Shown here: positions 52,795 to 64,000 of the stretch, one piece after another | How the letters are laid out: every line of letters begins with the position of its first letter | Numbering within the stretch: the first letter of the stretch is position 1 | From: Octopus sinensis | Lineage: Eukaryota | Length of the DNA stretch: 64,000 bases | Direction: 5' to 3' | Assembly: GCF_006345805.1 (NCBI RefSeq) | Contig: NC_043000.1 | Location: forward strand, 157,294,001 to 157,358,000 | Made by a program: the position numbers and the translations under genes | Notes under the pieces: generated by a model | Database searches by the model: none | What the model was told of the DNA's origin: nothing | Seen by the model: only the letters and a program-made list of their open reading frames with translations

Positions 52795-53700
52795 GTTATA
52801 TGGCTGCAACTTGAAAAGAAATAGACGTGGAAACGCTGGAGGTACGAGAAAAAAAGGTTGGACCTCGAAAAATGAATGCGAGAAATGAATGCGAAAAAGG
52901 AATGCGAGAAGTTGCTGGAAAGAGACGGAAATACACTGAACTTAACGCCTGTTGAACTAACAACTAATGTAATGAAAAGAACGGTGACAATGAAGATAAA
53001 ATAGAAATAGCGACAATAGAGGCTATTGAATAATGTTTTAAGAATATAAAAAGACTAACCACATTTATAACAAGAGAGAGAAAGAACGCTACTGTGGAGG
53101 TGCGTTTTGCATCAGAAGATGAAGCAATTAAGCATTCCACGGAGGCAATAAGATCGGAAGAATGGGTACTTTTGCCATCGATCTGTGGCAAACGTGTGGC
53201 CAGGATGCGAGTTGGCAAAGTGCCCCCAGAGCTGAAAGAAGTGTGGCTGATGATAGCCATAATGTATGACATGAATGAGGAGGCCAAGATACTGAAGACC
53301 ACAAGAACTGAAAGAGTTAACTACTGGGGATATGGAATAGAGTTAACCGTTCAAGAAACAGTGGAAGACCTAAACAGAATTGTCGAAGAGATAGTGTTGC
53401 CCGATGACATAAGATTGAGAGTGGTGGTGGAGGGCAGGTCACCTATATGTTACACATGTGGGGAAAAGGGCCACATGAAGGCGAGGTGCTCCCAGAGGGA
53501 ACAACAGATAGAGCAGACGGAGAGGCAGGACAGCACGGACCAGGTCCTACAGGTCAAGATAAAGGTGAAAGCAACGGGGGAAGGGTTCACAATGTTTAAA
53601 AAAACAGAAAGAAAAATGGTAGAGTGAGCTCTCCGCCAGAGCAGCAGAAAAAGAAGAGAGAAGAGATGGAAAAGGGGGAGACCAGAAGGAAGGAGACGAA
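52795..53700 (+). pseudogene. Decayed ORF1/Gag-like gene homologous to the 24041-25522 ORF
   Basis: Track ORF 53094-53627 aligns by eye with ORF1 (VEVRFA/VEVRCA, RVGKVPPELK/RVPKVPPEIK, VVVEGRSPICYTCGEKGHMKARC). Upstream homology (IEAIE*CF...TFITR) has stops and a frameshift. No ORF2 follows. Confidence 0.8.
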
Positions 53701-53782
53701 ATTAAGTAATAGTCAAATACAGGGGTCGATGTAATCGACTATCTTCCTCCTCACAAATTTCAGGTCTTGTGACTTTAATAGA

Positions 53783-53786
<4 letters not shown>

Positions 53787-53827
<41 letters not shown>

Positions 53828-54039
53828 GGTGGTGAGCTGGCAGAATTCTTAGCGCGCCGGGCGTAGTGATTAGCGGCATTTCGGCAGTCTTTACGTTCTG
53901 AGTTGAAATTCTGCCGAAGTCGACTTTGCCTTTCATCCTTTCGGGGTCGATAAAGAAAGTACCAGTGAAACACTGGGGTCTATGTAATCGACTAGACCCC
54001 TCTCCAAAAATTACAGGCCTTGCGTCTATAGTAGAAAGG

Positions 54040-54107
<68 letters not shown>

Positions 54108-54319
54108 GGTGGTGAGCTGGCAGAATTCTTAGCGCGCCGGGCGTAGTGATTAGCGGCATTTCGGCAGTCTTTACGTTCTGAGTTGAAATTCTGCCGAAGT
54201 CGACTTTGCCTTTCATCCTTTCGGGGTCGATAAAGAAAGTACCAGTGAAACACTGGGGTCTATGTAATCGACTAGCCCCCTCTCCAAAAATTACAGGCCT
54301 TGCGTCTATAGTAGAAAGG

Positions 54320-54380
<61 letters not shown>
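53787..54380 (+). repeat. 280-bp tandem duplication of a SINE B plus (ATT)n unit
   Basis: 53827-54040 and 54107-54320 differ at one base (actagacccc vs actagccccc) and are separated and flanked by (ATT)n. Confidence 0.92.
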
Positions 54381-54818
54381 GTTTTAGTAGGAGTAGTAGC
54401 TATATATAACTTATACAAAATTGTAATCGGTACCACGACAATATAAAGAATCTGACTGGCGAAGACGTACAATTGGATCATAAAATCATAGACAATTGAT
54501 TGGGGGAATAAGAGATGTTTGATTGATTGACCAGTCTTTAATCTCATTGATTCGTGTATCGCTCGTTATTTACTGTTCGTCGCTACAGCTTTACATAATG
54601 GTTAACTTTTTATCAAGATCGAAGATATATATCTCATTTAAACTGCGTGCTAAAGTTTGTCTAGACTTCAAGTAATTTGGTTGCGTAATGGAAAAACAGG
54701 ACTGGTAACAATGCATTCCGGTGGCTCATTCGACTAGCTTTTTAAGAAATCGATGTAGCATACTTTTTAAGACACACTGCCATATGTTCACTCTCTCTCT
54801 CACTCACACATACGCACT

Positions 54819-54874
<56 letters not shown>

Positions 54875-54919
54875 CATGCATACACACACATGTACATACA
54901 CACATATATATATATATCA

Positions 54920-55006
<87 letters not shown>

Positions 55007-55588
55007 ATATATATATATATGTATATATACTTACAATCACACATATGCGATGGACCAGTACATTGTCCATGGAAGAATATATACCAACAGAATCTAGGAA
55101 AGTGGTCTTATGTGTCTAAGCCTCGGGAAGGACCTTTGATACTTTACTCTCTCTCTCACGCACACACAAGTGCACATTTAATTATTAATAATCGAGGCCG
55201 AGTACTTTTTTGCATTGGCTCTTTTGAAACAGTTTGACGAGTGCCAATTCATGAAACTTTCGGCTTTTGATTCACTCTGTAACTTCTGTTCATTACATTT
55301 TAATTGTTTTTTGCCTTTGATCAGTAAGTGCTATTTGCTTCTATCGAAGGAAATGAATACTATTCCCTTCAACCTTTGCTTTTGTGATCCGGACATCAAT
55401 ATTTTGAAACTGACCCATTTTCTATTACATTTGAGAAAGATTCAGTGCAAATACGAAATCACAGTTGCTACTCAAAGACAAAAATCGTGTTACAAAGTGT
55501 TATACGTATATACACTCTGTTACGCCGCACCCGGCCTCCCGAAACCACCTACAACACAACAGTCTATGTCCGATAGCTCAGAAGACTG

Positions 55589-56851
55589 CGTAGGCGAATT
55601 CAGCAAACCAATTTGTTTAGAGCGGAAGAAGCAATAGTTAAAGAAGACAGAAAAATTGAAAATAACAAACAAAACCGTTGAGTATAACCATAATACAAGA
55701 ACTTTAATTAAGAAGACAAGAACATTTATGGAATTAATAAACAATTCTTTAGAGAGATTTTGGAGAGTTCTTTCATTTACCTCTGAAATGTGTAGACTTT
55801 TTTGGTGAGCACTTCTTTTATTCACTTGTCTAATGATTTATTTTCTATCTCGGATCTTTTCCCTTTGAACGGCAGATCGAGAAATTAATTTTTGTTACTA
55901 AACACTTTCAGAATTCGGACACTGGTAGAATGTGTCATATAAAACATCTTTTACTCTTAGTGTTGTTGAGAAAAGTTTCCATTTTCAAAGTTATTTCGTG
56001 TTAAAGTTGTTGTATTTCGGTAATTTCAACCAATCAATGACGTGTATTCAGCTTAATAAAATTACTGCTGTTGTTTGTCAACAACAACTTCCAGCGATGT
56101 ATATAAGGCAATGGCATGTGATTTATCAGGGCTTTAAGTATTAATTTTGCGGTGGTGCAGATGATCCTGCATTTGCTCGCGTGATTAAAACCACCGCTAT
56201 TGAGGTGTGCTCTTTGTAACGGAGCTAACGAAGATGGTAGCATTGACGGTGATCTTAGAAATGCTAATGGTAACGATGGTATTGGTCATGTCTTCATCGT
56301 AATTCACTTTCTCAATAGTAACACGGTCTTCGCTACCACCAAAATTATCCCATTCATATTATTGCTAACAAGAAAGTCACAAATAAGTAGATTGCAGTTT
56401 TAGAATCAGCAACCAAAATCTCCATCAAATTAAATTATATGAAGTCCTTTTAGATCTAATGTGTGTCGAAGGAAAGACGAGAAAATGTGGATTAGAACAT
56501 CTTTGGCTGTTATCTAATCGATGAGGGCTGACTGAGAGTTAAACTATAATAGTGGTGATGGTGATGATGACAACGAGGATGATAATGATGACGACGACAA
56601 TGAGGATGATAATGATGATGACGACAGAAGAGAAGTAAAAGAAAAATGAAGACTATATGAGTTTGATAAAAAAAACAACTTCTTCAAAAATCATCCGAAG
56701 AAATGCTCCACTGAAGACATCGTAGGCGAATTCAGCAAACCAATTTGTTTAGAGCGGAAGAAGCAATAGTCAAAGAAGACAGAAAAATTGAAAATAACAA
56801 ACAAAACCGTTGAGTATAACCATAATACAAGAACTTTAATTAAGAAGACAA
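55589..56851 (+). repeat. 131-bp direct repeat, two copies 1132 bp apart
   Basis: 55589-55719 and 56721-56851 match at 130/131. Confidence 0.9.
55852..56167. mobile_element. Older relative of the 61974 MITE
   Basis: Starts ggatcttttccctttgaacggcag and shares actggtagaatgtg...ataaaacatctttt...caatca(a/g)tgacgt. Right end is degenerate. Confidence 0.6.
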
Positions 56852-57100
56852 ACTCAAAGCCACTGAACAGAATAGTAAATTTAGGGATGTGGGAGGTCAC
56901 CTTTATAGATAGTGTAAATCCATCAATTAAAAACAGACGCTAGCTTATTTACTATTGCAACTAATACGAAGCTGGACATTTCGCAGCTTCTCTTATCACC
57001 ACAAATGTTGGCAAAGAACGACGGTTCATAACTATCCTCCATATTTTATTGATAAAAGGGTTTAACACCAAAATATTGATATATACTATTTTACTCTCTT

Positions 57101-57509
57101 TACTCTTTTACTTGTTTCAGTCATTTGACTGCGGCCATGCTGGAGCCCCGCCTTTAATCGAGCAACTCGACCCCGGGACTTATTCTTTTTTTTGTAAGTC
57201 CAGTACTTATTCTATCGGTCTCTTTTGTCGAACCGCTAAGTAACGGGGACATAAACACACCAGCATCGGTTGTCAAGCAATGCTAGGGGGACAAACACAG
57301 ACACACAAACATACACACACACATATATGCATATATACATATATACGACAGGCTTCTTTCAGTTTCCGTCTACCAAATCCACTCACAAGGCTTTGGTCGG
57401 CCCGAGGCTATAGCAGAAGACACTTGCCCAAGATGCCACGCAGTGGGACTGAACCCGGAACCATGTGGTTGGTTAGCAAGCTACTTACCACACAGCCACT
57501 CCTGCGCCT
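57101..57509 (-). mobile_element. tRNA-derived SINE family A, full-length young copy
   Basis: Closely matches the other family A copies end to end. Confidence 0.88.
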
Positions 57510-57649
57510 ATGGGAAAATTTTATATTACTGTTTCTGTTTTCCTTGCTTCCACTCCTTTACTTCCAAAATTGCATCGTACAAACTCTGTAAAATACTAAC
57601 CGTTCTCACAATGTTTCATGCTTAATTATTAACATTTACTCGTCATGTG

Positions 57650-58770
57650 ATTTTAAAATTTACACGGCAATTGTGTTTGAACCGTTGGTATTTTCTTTTT
57701 TGGTATAGCTGTATGTAAATTTGATAGTAACAATTTTACAGCTGTCTGTGAATGTATTGATTTGACTGGTTGTTTTAATTTTGCAACATGTCAAAATTTA
57801 TTGAGTCAGGATTTGTATTTTCTACTAAATGCTTTGAGCTCTCGTATTTGTTGACGGTAAACCGTCAATCGATTATTACTTAAATTTTGTTTTATTTTCA
57901 TTACATTAACTACACTAAATAACATAGATTAAATTTCTTGACGCAAAAGTATAATAAATCTTTACGTAACTAATTGTCTTGACACGTTATGTATTTACAA
58001 TGAAATTATGCGCAATTTGCGGTTAGTGTTAATACAATTCATGATTGTTGAAATTGTATTTCTAACAAGTAATCTGGTACTTGTTAGAAATTATTTTAAT
58101 GACTTTTATTGACTTTAGTGTTTAATCATTTTGAGTGCTTTGAGTGATGTCTCCATTTTTTTCCTGCAATAGAATAATCTCACGAATGTAATTCTTATTC
58201 GTTTATATATGATATAAATTAAATTATATATTTATTTTTGTATACTTTAAATGACATGAAGTAGGTAAAAAAAATTTACTGTGAGTCTGGTAGACTGAAG
58301 TGGATATCGGTCTCGATGTTGTTTTTAATGATTAAAATGTCTGCTGCCAAGTGGAATCGTTTCAAACTGTATATAATTGTAAAATGAATATTGTTGTTTA
58401 TACTATTAATTAGAGTTTTGTACTCCATGAGTTGATCGAGACTATATATCTATAGCATAAAACGATCATGTATGTATAATTTCCTATGTGTTTCGTCATT
58501 ATTCACAATTGGTGGCAACAGGATTGTTCGTGAATTTAGATTTCTAATATTAGTATAAGTTGAGGAAACCACTGTTCCCATTGCGGTCTACATTCATATT
58601 TGTATGTAAATAGTGTCACTGAATTCGAAATAATCATTTTGTAGGAACATTTTCATTCTTCCAATAATAAATCTTTTCTCCTTTCATTCGTGTATTTAGA
58701 AATCTTTCAAGCGAGAATTCTATTGCATATAATTCCTATTCATGTGGAATTTGTATTATAAAGGCCTCCC
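57650..58770 (-). mobile_element. Decayed Penelope-like element (RT plus GIY-YIG)
   Basis: Minus strand gives TAMGTVVSSTYTN, LINSINNNIHFT, IETDI, then ASRNLIYVI*C..CNE (GIY-YIG N-terminus); many stops. Confidence 0.6.
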
Positions 58771-58777
58771 ATTGCAA

Positions 58778-58869
<92 letters not shown>

Positions 58870-59111
58870 ATGTATGTATGTATGTATATATATATAGTAT
58901 GTATGTATATATAGTGAACTAACGTAAAATAATTTATATGTATATTACGTTATTTCCACAAATATTGTTTCCTTTGTTTACACTGGATATAAATCTCTCC
59001 CAATTTTCTGCTTTGTAAGATTTCTCATTCATTACTCTCATGACAACAAAACATGCACTGATAATTATTATTTCTGTTATTATATAAGTAGTAGTAGTAG
59101 TAGTAGTAGTA

Positions 59112-59168
<57 letters not shown>

Positions 59169-59972
59169 ATAGTAGTAATGGTTCAGCAGAGAGTCGAACT
59201 AAACGCTTTTATAATATTTTGCATAACCTAAGTGTCTGAGCTAGCGGAATCGTTACCACACCGGACAAAGTGTTTAGTGACATTTCCTCTGTCTTTACGT
59301 TCTGAGTTCAAATTCTCGCTGAGGTCGATTTTGCCTTTCATCCTTTCGAGGTTGGTAAAGTAAGTACCAGTTGAACACTGGGGTCAATGCAATCGATTGA
59401 ATAACTCCTCCCCCAAAATTGCTTGTGTTGTACCAATATTTGAAACCAGTTTTTAGCAACATTTCTTTATGCTTACATTTCCAAAACTCGCCGAGATCAC
59501 ATTTGTCATTTATTCTTCCGAGGACGAAATAATAAGAACCTATAAAGTTTTGAAGACAGTTTGCTACTGACTTTTCCCACCCCCCATATAAGAAGTCATT
59601 AATATTGTTTTCATAAATATATGATGTTTATTATGACTATAATAGTAATAATAATAGTAATATGATACGATTTCAATGACTTTCAACATTATATTTTTGT
59701 TGATGTTGACAGTTGTCCTTTGTGATAGTGTATGAGGTGAAATAACATTTCAAAGAAAGAAACTGCAATAATAACTAACAAATGTACAATATTTTATCAT
59801 TTGCCAATGTTTTTCTAGCGTAATAAAACACACACACACACAAACACACACAGCCACGCATGACTCGTAGGCATAAGTTAAATATGTATATATATGTACA
59901 TACATACTAATATATGTCTATACGTAACATCCATCCATATATAGCTCTATTTACCTATCTATCTATCTATCC

Positions 59973-60042
<70 letters not shown>

Positions 60043-61973
60043 ATGACACACATAAATATACACAATATACATATTTCTACACACCTACACACATGCGCAC
60101 ATAAAAGTAGCTAGCTTGACACAAAGACTAATATGGATATGTGTATGCGTAACATACGCACGCACACTCATATATGCACATGCATACAAGCACATTTATA
60201 TACACGAATCGTTTGAAGTTTTATGATTTCACAATAATGGTTACATCACCATTACCATGATGATGATGATGATGCTGATCATCATCATCATCATCATCAT
60301 CGTCGTCGTCGTCATCATCATATCATCATCATCATCATCATCGTCAGTTTCTATCGTGATTACCATCCAGACAGATATACGTGCCAACGTTATTGCCCTC
60401 CCAAACCACAAGGTATTAAAAAGGGTATTTCAAAACAAAAGATATTCTCTGGAGATACTAAATCGGCTGTTCACGCACATTTTCATGTATATGAATCGGG
60501 CAAAGGTCTGCTATTATATTGAAGCAACCAATCTATTGTTTAAAGTTGCAGTAAAGTTTTTGTTATTCAATTTGTTTTTATAGATAATACTATCGAGGTA
60601 CAAGCTACAGACAAATTTGTGACTTTGGCAACGGTTCTTATTTTACGTCTATTAATTTCACTTGTCATTCGCTGTTAAAAGATAACCAATAGTTTAATGA
60701 TATACCTTACATAATGATTCGTGCTTATTTCCTTTATTTTTCTTGGTGATAGTCCATGCGGTAATGGGAGAACTTCGGTATAAATGAATCCGAATGCTCA
60801 TTCCTCATCAACACGTCATTAACTCACTACCGAAGCATTGAGTGTCATTATCAATTTACGCCCATGCTGCAAGCGTTCGTGCCAGGTCTCGCGGCCTGTA
60901 GATAAAATTTTCTTTAGTCCCAGCCTTCTCAAATGCGCTAGAATGGGTTATTTCGAGGGAGGGTGTCAGTCGCTTAGATCGACCCCAGTACGCAACTGGT
61001 ACTTAATTTATCAACACCGAAAAGATGAAAGGCAAAGTCGACCTCGGTGGAATTTGAACTCAAAACGTAAAGACATACGAAATTCCGCTAAGCATTTCGC
61101 CCGTACTAAGCGTACTAACGATTCTGCCAGATCGCTGCCTTAGAATTAACTTTAACAATGATATTAGATCCAAACCCAAGCATGGAGTTTGATTGAAATT
61201 TAATGTAAATAGATTTTAAAATAATAAGGATTTGTAATGCACAGATACAAGGACACATATTTTAAGATAAAAAATATAATCCATTTAAACGACTCCAAAC
61301 AAATAATTGGTATTTTAGATTTTCAAATCTGAAATGATAAAAGAAAAGTTGAATTCGATGCCATTTGAAAGCAGAACGTAAAAATCGTAAATAAAGGTGT
61401 TAACAATAATAAAAATTATCATGATTGGTTTTTAGAATTGGCTGTTTGCTGGTTATCCTTAATAATGCTTTCGTTTCTGCATTAATTTCATGTGGCTTTT
61501 TAGAAAATTTGGCTAGTTTTTGTTTTCTGCATCAATTCTTTTGGTTTGTTTCACAGAAAGATGAGCGTTTTTTATTTGTTTGAAATACTTTTTTTCTTGA
61601 AAGCTGATATTCATCACAAAATATTGGAAAGAAATTCCTCCAGTATAAGCTTTGACAGCGAGCAAAAAACACACACACGCACACACACACACACACCACG
61701 TACACACCCACACACACACGAATACACACACGCATTTGCACACACAAAAACAATGGTTAAGATGTAAAACGAAGCACTAACATTTTGAGAAAATCCTGTA
61801 TTTGTTGTCTGTAATACGAATGAAAGCGATTTTGACACAACACAGCTTTAGCAAATGTCGCATCCAATCGGAAAATTCTAGACATAAACAAGGTTCAGTA
61901 AGAGAAACAATTTTGACAAGAATGTACCAAAACGGGAATGAGAAAGTTTTCATATCTCTGCTTCCCCGTGTAT

Positions 61974-62405
61974 GGATCTTTTCGGTTTGAACGGCAGTTT
62001 TTAACATAATTTCTAAGTAATCAAAACAAAATTTAAACTTCGTATACTGGTAGAATGTGTTTATAAAACATCTTTTTCTCTTAGCTTTATTGAGAAAATT
62101 CTATAGTTTGTAAGATATTTGTTTTTTTTCTTCAATTTCTGTAATTTCAATCAATCAGTGACGTCCATTGAGGTAAACAACATTCTGTGCTGTATGAATA
62201 TGTCCCTCGTTTAACAAACAGATTGGGTTTATTTACATTTGTGAAGAAAAAAAGATACCCTTCCCCCCACCCCTAACCCTAACCCTAACTAACCCTATCT
62301 CTAAAATAGATTGCAATGCAATAGATCGATACTAGGGTCATAATTATGGGTGACAATTTCATATGACACCGCTAGAAAAAACTGCCGTTCAAACCGAAAA
62401 GATCC
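61974..62405. mobile_element. MITE with perfect 29-bp TIRs and 8-bp TSD
   Basis: TIRs GGATCTTTTCGGTTTGAACGGCAGTTTTT (61974-62002 and 62377-62405); TSD CCGTGTAT at 61966-61973 and 62406-62413; internal (CCCTAA)3 at 62271-62288. Confidence 0.93.
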
Positions 62406-62537
62406 CCGTGTATCCTTAGGGAACGTTTTGTACGTCTCCTAATGGTGAATGGAAAGAGGACCTAGCCGACATGTGGAGCAGTAACTTATCCATAAAGCGA
62501 AGCAAGATATGTCTGCTATCTGGAGCAAGGGTAAGGC

Positions 62538-62568
<31 letters not shown>

Positions 62569-64000
62569 AGGAGAGAGAGGGAGGGAGGGAGAGAGAGTGA
62601 GAGAGAGAGAGAGAGAGAGAGATCCCACCATCGGCATGTACTGTATTACATAAGTCAATATAATACTGTAGTGACAATCAAGGCGTTGAAAACTATATTG
62701 ATAGCGACCCTGAATCAAATGTCGTGAGTGTCCAATCCCAGAAATACTTACGAACACCTATAAGTGTGTCAACTTTGAATACGAGTAATGGTAAACGGAC
62801 AGAAAGCAGGTAAGCAAATGTAAGAGAAAGAGCCATCTCCATGCACTGGCATTCATAGTTTATTGCTAAAAAAAAAATGAAGAACTGATGGAAGACTTAG
62901 AACATCTCTATAAATATTCAGTGGCAAATTCAGTCCAGACTCTCGAGGAGGTAATATTCGATTACGAAGAAACTACAAAAGACTTGGTTCTTGCAAAAAA
63001 CCTAAGGATAAGGATACGAAGTTTTCGTGTAAGCCATTCTGAGGACGTGGGTCATTCTTTTTTACGACCTTAAAATTATCATGCATATTTTTTGGGGAAC
63101 AGAAAGTTAAGTAGGCTAAGAAACTAGAAAAATGGCAGACGGAAATTGTAAATGAATTTTCAGTTAATGATTTTCAAATATTACTCAGAACTCCAAAATC
63201 ATCCCACAATAAAGAATGCCCTTCCCCACAAGAAAAAAAAGCAACCCAAAGAGCAAACAAAAGATTCAAGTAAATGTATGTTGAGTGATAGATGAAGGGA
63301 TTAGGAATAGAACAGAAATGTTACCGTGAGGTACAGAAGCGATGAAAGTTTATGAAGTCAAACTCTCTCTTTATTTTTTCCTTCAGTTCCATTTCAGTTT
63401 TCCTTTTTGGACTCTCCTCTCTCTATTTTATTCCAGTTCTTATTCTCTCCTCCTCACACTCTCTCTCTCTTCGTCCCTCTATCTTACGCAAAGAATCACA
63501 AGCAAATGCCTTTTAATATATGTCACACGACAATGTATCGATAGCGTATATATTATTTGTAGAAAATATTCAGATATAATCCTCGAAGCAAATTGATAGT
63601 TGTTATTAAAGGTTTGAAATACATGTATATACATGCGCTGTGTGTGGGTGTGCGTGTGTGTGTGTGCATGTTTCTCTCTCTCTCTCTCTCTCTGTGTGAT
63701 ACGGCCGCATGCAGATTAAAGTTCCATTCCATAGGCTTCTTACAGAAACCTAGCTTGTCGAGCAGTTAGCCGAATGGAGAGATGCAGGAAGTTCAAGATG
63801 GCTGCTGGAAACTGGGCAGCTATTAAGCGGTTCACGTGGTGTTATTAGAAATGAGATTGACATTTCAGCGACATTGAAAAGAAAAAAATCTCTTGGACTG
63901 CGCGTCTGGACAAGAAGATAGTCTCACTTTGTGCCAAAATTTGAAACCAATATATCAAAATTTGTCTATATGATGAAATATCTCTCCGACAGTAGATCGA

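Noticed and set aside
56705-56740. CTGAAGA...GCGAATTC as a hammerhead, or TGG as an LTR primer-binding site
   Set aside because: No GAAA or helix III, and the spacing does not fit a tRNA 3' end.
60711-60895. AG/GT-bounded 185-nt minus-strand segment as a KCNQ exon
   Set aside because: Stops in all three frames, weak pyrimidine tract, no KCNQ similarity.

Overview
Repeat-rich, AT-rich animal genomic DNA with no prokaryotic features. The SINE families and microsatellite load look like an octopus (coleoid cephalopod) genome; this species call is pattern recognition, not a search result. The only host coding sequence I can support is one 176-nt minus-strand exon (11030-11205) of a KCNQ/Kv7 potassium channel (S3-S4-S4/S5 linker) with canonical splice sites, so most or all of the window is probably KCNQ intron. 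The rest is microsatellites, three tRNA-derived SINE families, decayed LINE fragments (RTE, CR1, L1/Tx1, R4/Dong-like), several Penelope-like (PLE) relics, non-autonomous Helitrons and MITEs. Three things stand out. (1) A 1.9-kb non-LTR element (23897-25808) with a 12-bp target-site duplication encodes only an intact 493-aa ORF1/Gag-like protein, lacks ORF2, and ends in the same 3' tail as a local SINE; a diverged ORF1 relative lies near 53 kb. (2) Nine minimal type I hammerhead ribozyme motifs at eight loci, some in ~200-bp microsatellite-embedded mini-elements, one behind tRNA-like promoter boxes, and one pair duplicated as a 73-bp palindrome. (3) Many fold-back structures that could form dsRNA in the channel pre-mRNA, including a hairpin over the S4 codons. 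Most long ORFs in the track are microsatellite translations. Boundaries of decayed elements are approximate.
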